A stretch of DNA of 64,000 bases from Azolla caroliniana (taxonomy: Eukaryota; Plantae; Polypodiophyta), in NCBI GenBank assembly GCA_043228905.1, contig JBHGNT010000017.1, forward strand, positions 3,534,001-3,598,000, read 5' to 3'. The position numbers were made by a program, and so were the translations under genes. Positions 39,410 to 51,968 of the stretch are shown here, piece by piece. Under the pieces are notes generated by a model. It was not told the origin of the DNA, made no database searches, and was given only the letters and a program-made list of their open reading frames with translations. Within the stretch, counting starts at the first letter, position 1; every line of letters starts with the position of its first letter.

Positions 39410-42400
39410 TCACGAGTTTCTCAATGCTTCCAAGACATCTTCCAATACTATAGCCCAATGAGTCCAATGCGTTCCTCCCTACATGAAAAAATATACCCAG
39501 TTTATGTTAACAAATTGAAAGGAATGGTATGATATATTATCATTTGGATCGAGAATAAGAGGTGTGCATGTGTAGTACTGTTGGATGCAAGTCCATGTAA
39601 TTGCTTCACAATACATATACATTTTGTTAGTTGTGTCAATAATAATGGATAAAATTGAGAAGATAAAGAGAACAAGAGAATATTGAATAAATCGAACATA
39701 GCGTTTGAACTTTGGTCTGACCTGGCAGAAGGCAACAAATGGTTCTCTTAGAGGTCCATCACATGATAACTCACTTGTACTCCCATCAATGAAAGTTCCA
39801 TCAGCAAAGATAACCTGGCCCACAGCAGTGGACACATTATTGAAAAACAAACACAAGATTTTAGATCAAAACAACCATAAAATAATACCACAATACTCCC
39901 AAATCAGTTCATTTGATATTTTGTGAACTTATCTAGCAAATATCTAAAAGGTTTTGATCATGCTGCAATATGCAGCTGAAAATAACGGTTATGTTTTTCT
40001 TTTCTTCTTACCTCAGATTCATAGCCTGCAGTTGCACCAGCTGTTGGGTTAATATATGAACCAATGGGACAACGTTTTTGCACCGCTCTACAGAATTTGA
40101 CCAACCCTTCTGCATTCCCCATCTCCACTGCCTACATTTATCAGTTAAAACATATCAGGTATTTCAGCTTTATAATATCATGATGCTCATTGTAAAAAAC
40201 ATATATTTTTTAACATAAGAAAGAAGAAGGAAAAACAAATATTTTAGTCTAGGTCTTTTAGCTTAATCACGCCCATCATCTTTACTTCTTCAGCATTTTG
40301 TACTATACAATGGGCCATTTTGTAGCAGTGTCTCATAAATAAAATGGAACAAGGAGAACTATAGCTAGATGATATTGTATATTCATGCGCCAGTCTATTT
40401 TAAATCTTAGATCCATATTGTAATCAAGACTTATGAAAAATCTGACATATATAGACTTATTAGACATGAGCTTCACACATTTCGAATACTACCCACTGTT
40501 CACATATTTTATAACATCTGATACAGAAGATGAGTCGGGATTCCAGACCTGTATAATATCATGACGTTTGACACGGGGAAGGGGTTTTACCCTGTATCCT
40601 TCGCTAGCCATAACTTCAGCAACAAGAAGACTCCCCTGACACAAATAGATCGAAGGATTCAGAGGGCATAACATAACTATTTGTATCCTTTTTTGTATTG
40701 TATACTATAATACACATTCTGACAAAAAAAACAAAGAAATAGGGTATACATCTAACCAACCCCATATGATGTTTACCTTGATGGCCTCTCCAACCATTTG
40801 TGGAGACAAGAAAAGACCTTGGAATAGCAAACGCATTATTTCTCCACTTGTTGATCCTACTTCAATGCCCAACCCCGGGGCAGCAAGACGAGCAGCCGCC
40901 GCTTTCACTAAATCCTCCCTTCCTGCCACGTAACCTCCACTTGGAGCAATAGTGCCTCCTGGATTCTTTATCAAACTTCCAGCCATAATGTCAGCTCCCT
41001 AATAAGAAGAATAGATTTGGCCAAACATTAATCCCATACACGTGCATTATCATTCATATATTTGAACAATTCAACATTTCTTTTGCGTCTAGACAATGTA
41101 TATGGGTTCTCTATGAGCCTAATGGGATACTAGATCATGATGTATTGGTTTTATCTTCATCTACTAAAGTAAAACAGGAACAGCTTTCTCTTTTGTAGGT
41201 CATGTATATACTTTCTCTATTGGGATGGCCTCTCTAACATCATGAGATTGTAGATCATGCTCTGTACCCATAACCACAGGTAAAACAGAATGAATTTCTG
41301 TCCCTCTCTAAGTAAATTCCAAGTATATTAACCATTGGATGGAAATATGTATCTCAGATTTTAGTTATTTAATGATAGGATGTGCAATATTTACTATTCA
41401 TTCTTATGACAAACTTCATAGTCAGGATAAAAGCAAACCACAGCAGTTGGTTCCTTCAGGTCCACAAACTCTCCGTAACAGTTGTCGACGAAAACAACAC
41501 AATTTGGGTTTTGATCCTGTACGAAAGAATGATGAAACTTTCAGAAACCTGAAGTAGACATATGAAACCAAGTTCCCGCATACCTTGATCAACTTTACTG
41601 CTAATTCAATCTCATTAATCGTAAGGGTATCTCGCCAGGAGTAGCCACATGACCTCTGCAGTAGAGCACATTGTGTCTCTGGCTTTACGCTACATGCCAA
41701 TGCATCCCAGTCAATCTTGCCTTCATCTGTGAGCTGAATGCACCGATAAAGAGAAGCAAACTATGAGTACCAAAATATTAGTGTGTACATTTACTTCCTC
41801 AGTTTGGCTCTAGTTTACAAACTTCTATGCTGAGTATATCTGTTTATCTGTAATATGTACATCATACTCACTCCAACCTCCCGGTATTTGACACCAAATT
41901 CTATCAAAGAACCATGACCAGGAGTGCCCCGTAACCCAATAACCTCCTCTAATGTGTCATATGGCTTTCCTGCAACTGACAAAAGCTGAAGATTACATGA
42001 GTTGATGACAAAATCATTTACATAAGTAACATCAAACATTTGTATTATTACGAAAGGCTATCTGGTTCAAAAAGACAATATTATTGACACACATACTTCT
42101 CCTCCAGGTCGCAAGATGCCATACAATGCACAAGCGATTGCATGAGTTCCAGAGAATAACTGTAAAGTTTCAACAGATATCCAATTCGCATGACACGTGA
42201 ATATATTTTCCCAGATGCATATTTTTTCTGACATAAGTGTACAATGCATACTTGAGAACGGACAATGGCTCTTTCAGCACCAACAATTTCAGCGAACGCT
42301 TTATCCAGTGCCTCACGTCCGCCGGCATCATTATGGCCATAGCCAGTGGAGCCACTAAAATGCTGCCAAAATAGGTTTAATAAGTTGCATGTCCTTGAGA

Positions 42401-43181
42401 ACTCATTCTAAAATATTATACAGCAGAAACTCTAATGGTATAAAGGCATGGTGCAATACCACACATTTGGTTCATAGAAAACGATGAAAATCCAAACATC
42501 TGGTCTCATGCTTAGCCAAAAGCATGAAGACTTGGAAACTTAATATAGGAAACATGGTACAGTACCAAACACTTTGTTTAATAAAAAGATAATGGAAATT
42601 CAACCGTTTGCTCAACTTCTTATGCCTAAAACTAAATTGAGTTCCCAATTTCAATTTGCATGAAGACTACAAAAAAGAACTTACATGAGGGCCAACTCTG
42701 GCATTTGAATAAGCTTTTAGAACTCTGTTCATAAGGGTAGCCACAGTAAGGTCTACTTCCAAGAAACAGGGTTGCAAGGACTTCACCGCATTTTCTACCT
42801 GATCGCATAGACATATATAAAGAGGACAACAAATAAATAATCACATTTCTTTCTCTTGTTTAACCACATGTAAAGAAAAAGAGAAACATCAATACTCTTT
42901 ACTTAATGTCACATACAAAGAAAGAGAGAATCATAAACATAATCACATTTTTTCTCTGCTTAAATCATAACAGGGAAGCACCATAAAATGATGGTCTTGC
43001 TTGAAAATTTAAAAAACCAGAGAGAAGGGCAGACAAGTGCGTACGAATGAATGGATTTACTCACCTGAGGTGGAAATGGTGAAGCTAAGCATAGGCAAGA
43101 AGCAGAGGGTCTTGAAATGGAGCTCCTGTGAGGAGATTGAGGTGTGAAGAAACTCCTCCCTACACTTATTCCTAGCTCCAT
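39410..43181 (-). CDS. YnbB / aluminium-resistance family (methionine gamma-lyase-like) PLP enzyme, ~445 aa, 12 exons, probable plastid transit peptide
   Basis: Exons 43181-43065, 42798-42685, 42362-42252, 42159-42097, 41985-41872, 41733-41584, 41516-41439, 40998-40777, 40635-40549, 40131-40012, 39814-39722 and 39478-39410 join in frame. Motifs STGYGH.D.GRE, SGTHAI, PYDTLEEVIG, QRS.GYSWR, FVDNCYGEFV, AGSLIKNPGG (PLP lysine) and GS..ELS.DGP.R. Confidence 0.95.
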
Positions 43182-44722
43182 TAGAGAAACAGAGGAACAG
43201 AGGAACACAACAAAAAGATTGATAACTACATATATGTATTTACTACTATATCCTTAGTTAAAATATAGATAGCATTTACCTTTTCAAATGCTAGTGACAC
43301 AGATAGATAGATAGATATCACTTGAAAGTTGAAACCAAAATATGCCCTTATTGACAAGGCCAAGCGCATTGCAACGACCAAATACTTTGGATTCTCTCGA
43401 TTCGATGGCTATCTTATTGTTATGGCATATGTGACTTATTGGAACAAGATCAATCGCTTCCATATGACATATGTGCAATTGATGAAGACTTGGGAAAGAA
43501 ATGTGTGTAGGGCAAGGTCAAGGTTGAAAACGTGGGGAAAGTAAGCTTGAATGTCATCTTGGGCAGAGCACATGTAGTAGAATGTGTAATACTCATGCAT
43601 TGATGAGGGATTGAGAAAGAAACATACATAAGGCTATGTCAAGGTTGAAAATGTAGGGAAAACAAGCTTGATTATGATAATAAGTAGAGGTTTGATGGAG
43701 AATGTGTCATATTCTTGTTGGGACCAAAACATGCTTAGTTGATTAGTCTCCTACTTGGTTTTCCAATTCCTTGTCTCACATAAAAGAGAATGTGAGCTAG
43801 TCAAATGGAATGGATGGTCTATATTATAAGCAAGGGAATGGTCCCTAAGCATGTATGGATGGGTGTAATTTGCATGGTGAAAGAAGAAGATGATTTTGTA
43901 GTTTACACGTTAAGAGAAGCAAATTGTGCAATGTATGTAATGTAATGTGTGAAAACATGACCCTCAAAATTGTGACACATTGGCATTTCAAAAAAGGCTT
44001 TCTCATTAGTTCTTTGAATCATCCATTATTTGAATATCCTAACAATAACTTTAACTTACATACTTGTGTAAGATGGTCGACAACATTCTGATTTCAATTT
44101 GAGGCATTCTCAACTTTTTACTTGATATTACATATACATTTTGTATTTTTGTAAAAACATTATCTTCTCCTCTAACAAATTGATGAGAATGGCGAGGTGA
44201 CAATGATTGTAGTTCAATTCATTAATCAAGTTATGTGTATTAAATGTTACCAAACCTTCCTCCACTACACTCAAAGTGGCAATGAGAGTTGAAGTTCAAA
44301 AATCTGTAAGCATAGAAACTGACAATTTACAAATCATCATTATACATACATAGTGTCAGCAAAGTTAAAAATAAGGGTTCAAATCCCCGCTTTTTCATCC
44401 TTAATAAGGGAAAATATTCGGCCTTATTCAAGACAAATAATAATAATAATAAACCACTCAAAAAACACACATTAATGTTACAAAAGTGTGATGAAAACCA
44501 GAAGGTTAGTCAAAACACAAAATCTTGCCCTCCTTTCTATTCTGTAATTGAGAGAAAATTCTCAATGATTCGATAAATTTTCATTATGTTCGTGACGTCG
44601 ATTCTTGTAGGATCAACAAACACGATATTAGGACTTCAACGAATTCTCCTCTTGTTTCACCACATAATCTGAAGTCTCCGTTTGTGATAGTCTGTAGAGA
44701 GGCCGTCAAGGTAAAAAGCAAT

Positions 44723-47574
44723 TCATTTTGTATGATCAACCAATGAGGTTTGACTTATTTTCTGTTGGATCATATGCTGAGCTGCATATACATTATCTAT
44801 GCTTCCAACAATAGTTATTGTGCTACATCAACCAAAATCCAAACACAGCTTTAGAAAACATTTAAAAGTGCTTATGAACTATTAAAACATCTCAAAAAAA
44901 AAAAAAATTGTTTTTATTTAAGTTCTTATTAAGACAATACAGAAATGAAAAGTAGTTACAGAAACCAATAAATTTGGCAAAGAAGTTTACCGTTCAGTTG
45001 TCCCCGGTAATAAATCTCCTTGGTCAGATACTTTGATATGAACCCCATACACCTATGTTGGGAAGGACACGAAAATAGATAAATGGTGAATAAAATGATT
45101 GATAGATAATTACATTAATAAGAATGGTGCATATATAGTAGACAACAAACTCAACCTGTTGGATGTCAGCGATGGTTTTTCCTCCACGGCCGACAATGGC
45201 CCCTATACAGTCATCTCGAACATGCATTGTCATGTACACACTTGGAGAACTTGCTGCTATAAGGGGCACTCTTACTTGAAGAGGTGCATTGTGCACTGGG
45301 AGATAAGGAGCCATAATACCCTACACAAATCACACACAAAAAATCTGTATAAAAATTAAATTATTTCATCGTTGTGTTTTTGGCTCATAAAAATTCACCT
45401 TCATTGGATAACCATTATAAGGGCTAGTAATCCCATAGGTGAATGGCAGCGGTGTTGCGGTATATGGTCCCTGAAATTGTTGCTGCGACCCCCATAAACT
45501 TCTCCCTAAATGAATCGACAAAAGTCACTATGTTTAGAAGGTTTCAATTCAGTGCATCCACCTAAATGTCATATGAATATGTAACATGTAGCATGTGGTA
45601 TGTACATCTTTGCATTGGCATGCACGAATGCAACATACATACACACATGTATTGTTGCCTTGCCTGTGTATATGGAAGGTGCCAATGCACATTGTAGATA
45701 GTTTGTATCTTCTGAAATCTTCTTCATAATGAGTGACACAGCATGCAATTGCTCTGCCAAAGATCCAATCACAGTAACCAGCCTATCTCGAATGCCTGGA
45801 ATAGAATCTTCTGGGGATGATAGTTTTATATTTGCATTTGTCTCCTTAATGAAACTCCTGTTTGATTGTTGTTTCAGGCATCCCAACAATGTTACAAGCA
45901 TACAATACACCATAACAAACACTGTATGAGAAATCCACATTTCTGCTCCCCCAAAATGAGTTTATTTTCATTTCAGGGCATGAAACAGATTATGGCCATG
46001 CAGTGTGGCTGGGCATTTGACTTCCTATACACATTCTTTCATCATTCATGAAACTTATTTCATATTTTAAATGAGAATTTGATGTAACCCTGTTTCTATT
46101 AGGTCAATCACAAAGAATTTATGAATGGGATGATGATTGCCCATCGTACTCCTAAAAAAACATTGCTCATACATGATGGATTTCGATCTGTTTGTAGATC
46201 CCAAGTGATGTGTAGGATGTGTAGTTAGCCTCCTTATAGGACTCTGAACTATTAATATTGCATAGGTGGTATGACCAATGCCAAGTGATATTTAGTCTTC
46301 GGATAAACCAAGCCGTGCCTCATCAACCATATACATGAATTTACCCTTTGGCTTACCTGATAGTTGCACCTCCTTTGCCTATGATAGCTCCACAAACAAC
46401 ATGAGGGACAACCAATTTGATTTGATTGGCCTTTGGCTTCATCTCCTGATCATTCTATTCATATAGAAAACTCAAAACCATCAATGCTTTGAGAAAGTGC
46501 TGAAACTTCAAATTCCTCTGTAACCTCAAATAAATACATCAAAGGAAACCATTTTTTTACTCCTTTGGGCTAAAACAAACAAATAAAATTTAACAGATTT
46601 TTATGTCTCCCACCATAGAGTCTTGATACCCATACCTCGTTATGGATTTTGGTGAGGATAAGGTTAAAAGCCCCCAAAATCGCATCAATAGAGCCGCTCA
46701 ACTCTATGATACGGTCAGTTGTACCCGGAAAGTATTCCTGGTTGCGGGAGAGTTGAATCCTCGCACCAGACTGTGCCTGGAAGTCAGTAATGGTTGCACC
46801 ACCCTTTCCAATCACAGACCCGGCTGCTGCATTCGAGATTAAAAATCGAAGGAAGGATATTGGTCTGACTCCATTTTCTACCCAAAACAAAATCGCACAA
46901 AAATACATTGTTATACAAATATCTAACCTTCCAAACAGTGCTATATAATAAAGTTCAGAGCTATCATGGGCATCAAAACGAACTTCAGATTTAATGTATT
47001 GTTATACATATGATATGAGGTTTTATTGGTGCTATATCTATCTTGCTTGTCCAATATTACATTCAACCTGATGATGAGATGCATCAAAACAAGTTCTTCA
47101 CAAAGATCTGGCATACCCTCCATTGTCCAGAGGTTCAACAGTGCTACATATATCTTCCTTATCCAATATAAAGTCCAATCTGATGATCGGATGCATCAAA
47201 ACAAGTTTTTCACAAAGATTTGACATATTCTCCTCCATCCCCACAGATAAATGACAGCAATGAATGTGCATGATCCTTTTCATCCTAAATTTTACCGTAA
47301 TGAAATTCCGGAGAAATTAAACTATTCATCCAGAGAAGTTCCTTTGAATAAGTAAACCAATCACATGAACTATTCATGGATACGATTCTTTCCTATTAAA
47401 TCTTTATGCGTTCAAATCCAGGCAAATTCAGCAACTGGAAAAAAAGCAGAAGAAAACAAAGACGGTTGCTTTCGCATAGAGTGTCAGGATATATATACCT
47501 AGGGCAGAGTCAGGGGGTGTTTCGGATGAAGGAGAAGCGGTGCTGGTGGAGTCTGGTGCAAGAGGGGACTCCAT
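44723..47574 (-). CDS. BTR1: BTR1/NOVA-like triple KH-domain RNA-binding protein, ~344 aa, 8 coding exons
   Basis: Exons 47574-47499, 46877-46636, 46445-46357, 45857-45664, 45505-45399, 45320-45156, 45052-44991 and 44822-44723 join in frame. KH1 [48 protein letters not shown]2 [15 protein letters not shown]3 [12 protein letters not shown]. Confidence 0.93.
47029..47227. repeat. Diverged ~112-bp direct repeat in a BTR1 intron
   Basis: gtgcta.at.tatctt.ctt.tccaatat...gatgcatcaaaacaagtt.ttcacaaagat.tg.cata occurs twice. Confidence 0.8.
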
Positions 47575-48140
47575 TCTAATCACAAGGAGAATGTATCAAT
47601 TTCTAAGAATAAAGAGAATGTTTCAATCCTAATCACAAAGGAAATCAATCAAATCTAATCATAATGGGGATGTTCCAATTCTAACCACAATGAGGATGCG
47701 TCAATTTTGTCTAATCACAATAAGGATAGATCAATTTTAATCACAATGAGAATGTGTAAATTCTAATTCCAATGAGAATGTACCAATTCTAACAGAATAC
47801 ATACATCAATTCTAACAGAATACATACATCATCTCTAGCTTTCACAATGCATCAATTCTAACAATGTGAATCATCCATTCCAATTACAATCATAATGCAT
47901 GAAAACTAGCAATGACAATGTACCAAGGCTAACAATATTGAAAATATATCAATTCGAACAACGAGACAGTGCAAAAATGTAATCATGATGAAGGTGTGCA
48001 AAGTTCTGACTACAACAAGAATGTATGCCAGTCTAACATCAATGAAGAACGTATAAGAAACTAACAATAAGGAGTATGTATCAACTGCAAACAATACTGA
48101 GAATATACCGGTTCAAAACAACATTGAAATTATACCAATT
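47571..48140. repeat. Degenerate ~26-bp minisatellite (caattctaatcacaatgagaatg) in the BTR1 5'-UTR intron
   Basis: At least 8 recognisable units between 47571 and 47900, decaying further out. Confidence 0.85.
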
Positions 48141-51100
48141 GTAATTAAAAAATATGAAATGGTATTTTATTTGTTGAATTGAGTTCGTGACGGATCTGTC
48201 CTTCGATCAATGCGATCCTCTCTGAATGGAGCATGTGAGGATGCCATAACCTGTACTCATCTTTATTCTGATACTTTCTTTTTAGCCCTCAAAGCCAAAG
48301 TGTGTAAATAATGTGTAACCCCAGGAAATTTTCTGCGATAAAAATCTCGGATTAATCAAAGATCATAGGAACCTCCTAGGTGTATGAAAGTAAATTAATC
48401 CTTGAAGTAGGCCAAAACTTAATCGGGAAGCTTTTAGATGAAGCAAGTGGGGACGGAAAGGGGGCGGGGTGTTCTTTGCCCTTACGCTTTTACTCTGTCT
48501 CTGTGTGTCTGTGTCTGTGTGTTTCTTCTTATATTAGGGTTTCATGGTGTCTGTGATTGGTGATTTGAGAGGAAGGGCGACGGAAACTTGCAAAAACAAC
48601 AAAAGACAGAAGAAGAAGAACGAAGAACGAAGAACGAAGAAAGAAGAAGAAGAAACAGGGGATTCAAATTATTTATATTTTCGAAACAAAATAAATAGCT
48701 TTTTTGGAAAATAATAATAATAATAATAACAAAATAAATAGCAAATGAATGTGTGTGTTGTGTTGTGGTCTGTTGTGTGTAAAGTGATGTTTGAATTGTC
48801 TCTTTTGTGTTTAAAGAAGCACATGTCTTTGAACACACACACATAGACCATTTGTATCTGTGTCTGGCTTTGGCTTTGGCTTTGGCTTTGTCTGCATGTA
48901 ATGGCTCTGTGTCCACGGACCACCAGCAGAAGAAGAAGCTATTCTATGAGAAATTGTGAATCATCTATAGCTTTTTTACTCCTCCTTCACATCTCCTCTC
49001 GTCTGGTCGCGTGTATGTTCCTTTTCCCCATTTTGCACAAGCGGCGAAAAAGGTCGCAATGCCAACATGTGGATTGTGTCGGGTTCTTTCTATGCTTTGA
49101 GATCATGTATAGGTTGTGTTATCATATACCAAAGGATGATACTTGTGTGTGTGTGTGTGTGTGTGTGTGTGGCTATATTTCGCCTCTCAAGATTCCAACT
49201 ATTTATATATCTCTATGCTAGCGGAAGAGACAAGCATATACACCTTTATAAGGTCAGATTAGGATTGCATTCGGAAAACTCTCAAAATCCAGGAGCATTT
49301 ACGTGCAAGAAGATTTGAGAAAAGGCTTGGAAGAGATATCGTGTGTGTGCATCTATCTATATGTGTATTATATTTGGGGAATTGGAAGAAAATTCAATAT
49401 GTGGCATTTGTGCTTGCATGCAGGGTAGGTGGTTATCATTGGAATAAGTGCAATGTCTTTGATCCACGTCTAGTTTATTGTAAATATGTTGCATGTTAGT
49501 TGAGCCAAATAAGGGGTTGAACCAATGACCTTCTAGTGGTCTTGACTCTCAATTGGACAACCTTACCATCTAGTAAATTAGTATATAGTTTATAAGAAAT
49601 AACTAAGCTTATCATGAAGGTATAAGCAAATACAATAAGAAAGGGAATGAGTTTTGCATGTCTAAGCGAGTTTTTTTCTATATGCAAGAGTAATCAAGAT
49701 GTTTCAAGATGAAATGTAAATTATAGATTTAAATAAAAAAGACTCCAAATGGTTATTTGAAGGGAAGGCACCTAAGAGGCAGTAAAGGCTCGAAGAAAGG
49801 TGATTTCTAAGAATCGAGTAAAAAGGAGAGTGAAAGGCATTCATTCTACCTGAAATGGCAAAGATTGAAGAGAAAGCAAAAGAAGGAGATGTACACATCT
49901 CTAAGATAATGCTCCACAAGCACATGAAATTGAGGGGGGGGGGGCAATTGAGTGTCATGTAATTGATTTCTTTGACAACCATCCAACATGCATGAAGAGA
50001 ATAGTCTAATGATAGACTTGACAACTGACAACATTTGTAATGACACGTAATTCAAGGATTATTTATATATCTATTAGATCATCAACAAACCATCAACAAA
50101 TAGAGGTATATTTTCCCTATTCACGACGTTATGTGAAAGAAAACAAAGTATTGGTAGATTCTATGAGGACCACGTCAAAGCCATTAATGTGAATGAAGTC
50201 TTAAGTTGAATGATAGTTCATTTCGTTTGCCAATAGTGTGCCTATAACAAGCCATGCTCTCACAATATGAAAGTTTATGGTACGCACTAGACACGATATG
50301 AAACAATATTGCCATGTGGATATCAAAATCGTGAAGTTGAAAGCTAGGGTGGGTCTAGGCAAATTCTTCTTGTTATGTTTTGTTTGGTTGCCATGCTAGC
50401 TTTACTTTTTGCATTCCCCTCATGATTTTCCTTGGCAGCCCAACATTGAAAAAAATACACAACAACTTGATTGAGTAATGTGTTTGAACATCAAATCTTT
50501 GTATTTTTACGTAGATGGACAATGAGCATGTACACATACAAGCATTATTCATTCAAGAAATGGGCATATTTTGAATGTGGATACATGAGTCAAACTATAT
50601 TAGCCTTTTTCACAGTAGTTAACACGGGGGATTTTATGTTGGGTGGTGGTCTCTAAGGAGAGATTTGTATATGATGAAATCCCAATAGACCCACAATGAA
50701 TTTTGATTTTTTGTCCCATATAATGAAACTTGAAAAAACTCATGTGTTTCTTTAAAAATACAATGCATGCACGCAAAATGTATGTGAATAGTTTAACAAA
50801 TATCTCACTTTCACGCATTGTATCTTATATTCATCGGTATGGCAAGCACACTTTACGTGTTTCGGTACTCAAATATTCAAAACGTGGAGGTCCCATCAAT
50901 CAATTATAATAATCATATGTCATTTTATCTTCATTGTACACCATCTTTAGCATGATATTTACATTAAAAGCTCATTGTTTCTTGTTTTTGTATCGATCAC
51001 AATTAGTTCCATTGTTGTCTTTCGTGTATATATATATATAAGCATGACATTTTCCGAGGACAACCTGAACTAATTTTGTTGAAAGAGTTTGCGACAAATT

Positions 51101-51821
51101 CAAGGCAATGTTTCCTCTAATTGTGTATATATGGCTATGTATATATGTAAGCACACCCTCATATAGGAAAGCTAGGTTGTATACATATGACTTCTTCTTT
51201 GGAATGTTATAATATTTCCAATCGAATATCATCACTCTTTGTCATAAAGAATATGAATAGATATTTTATTGTGTTATGCTAGAATAAATATGCTTCCTTC
51301 AATTGGATGAAGACTTTGATGTTTCATGAAAGTTCCTTATTGACCCATACCAAATTTGAGTATTTATATATATCCTAGTAGCTCTAGATTTATGGTTTCT
51401 AAATATAAGATTTTGAATTTTAATGCACACAAAGTGCAAAACATATCTAGATTGAAACAACATTGTTATCCAACATTAAGTATGGACATCAACCCAAGCA
51501 CTCAATATTCTTTGATGTGCTCATTCCATGAACACAAACATACCAAAAAATTAAAAACAAAAATGGAATGGCCATTGGAATCTATGTGGACGATATGTGT
51601 TGAAGTATAGTGGGAAGACATTGGCTTCGTAATACATACATAAAAGAACCTTTAATCAAACCACCAAACTATAATTTTGTGTACACTTACAAGCTTACAT
51701 TAGCGAATGTGTTAACTTCACATGTCTAAACTGGCTTTGATGTTGCCATGCTAAAGTTTGTGTTCCACAATGTTAATTTGATGTAATGCTGATGATAGAA
51801 ATTCCTTACATGTTTAACTTA

Positions 51822-51968
51822 AGATCGTGCTCCTAAAACATGTTGACATTTGACATGTTTAATAATTATTTACGTAGGAATCAACAAACGAGTTCAGATT
51901 GAGATCATGCTCCTAAAACACGTTGACATTTCACATGTTTAATAATGTTTTATGTAGGAATCAACAAA
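51822..51968. repeat. ~80-bp tandem duplication
   Basis: agatc.tgctcctaaaaca.gttgacatt..acatgtttaataat...ta.gtaggaatcaacaaa occurs twice. Confidence 0.9.

Noticed and set aside
43500-43680. Short direct repeats (gtcaaggttgaaaa.gt.gggaaa) upstream of the YnbB-like gene
   Set aside because: Only two diverged copies; most likely an unclassified TE relic.
48542-49318. ORFs of 83-124 aa upstream of BTR1
   Set aside because: They span SSR-rich promoter/5'-UTR sequence, with low complexity and no domain.
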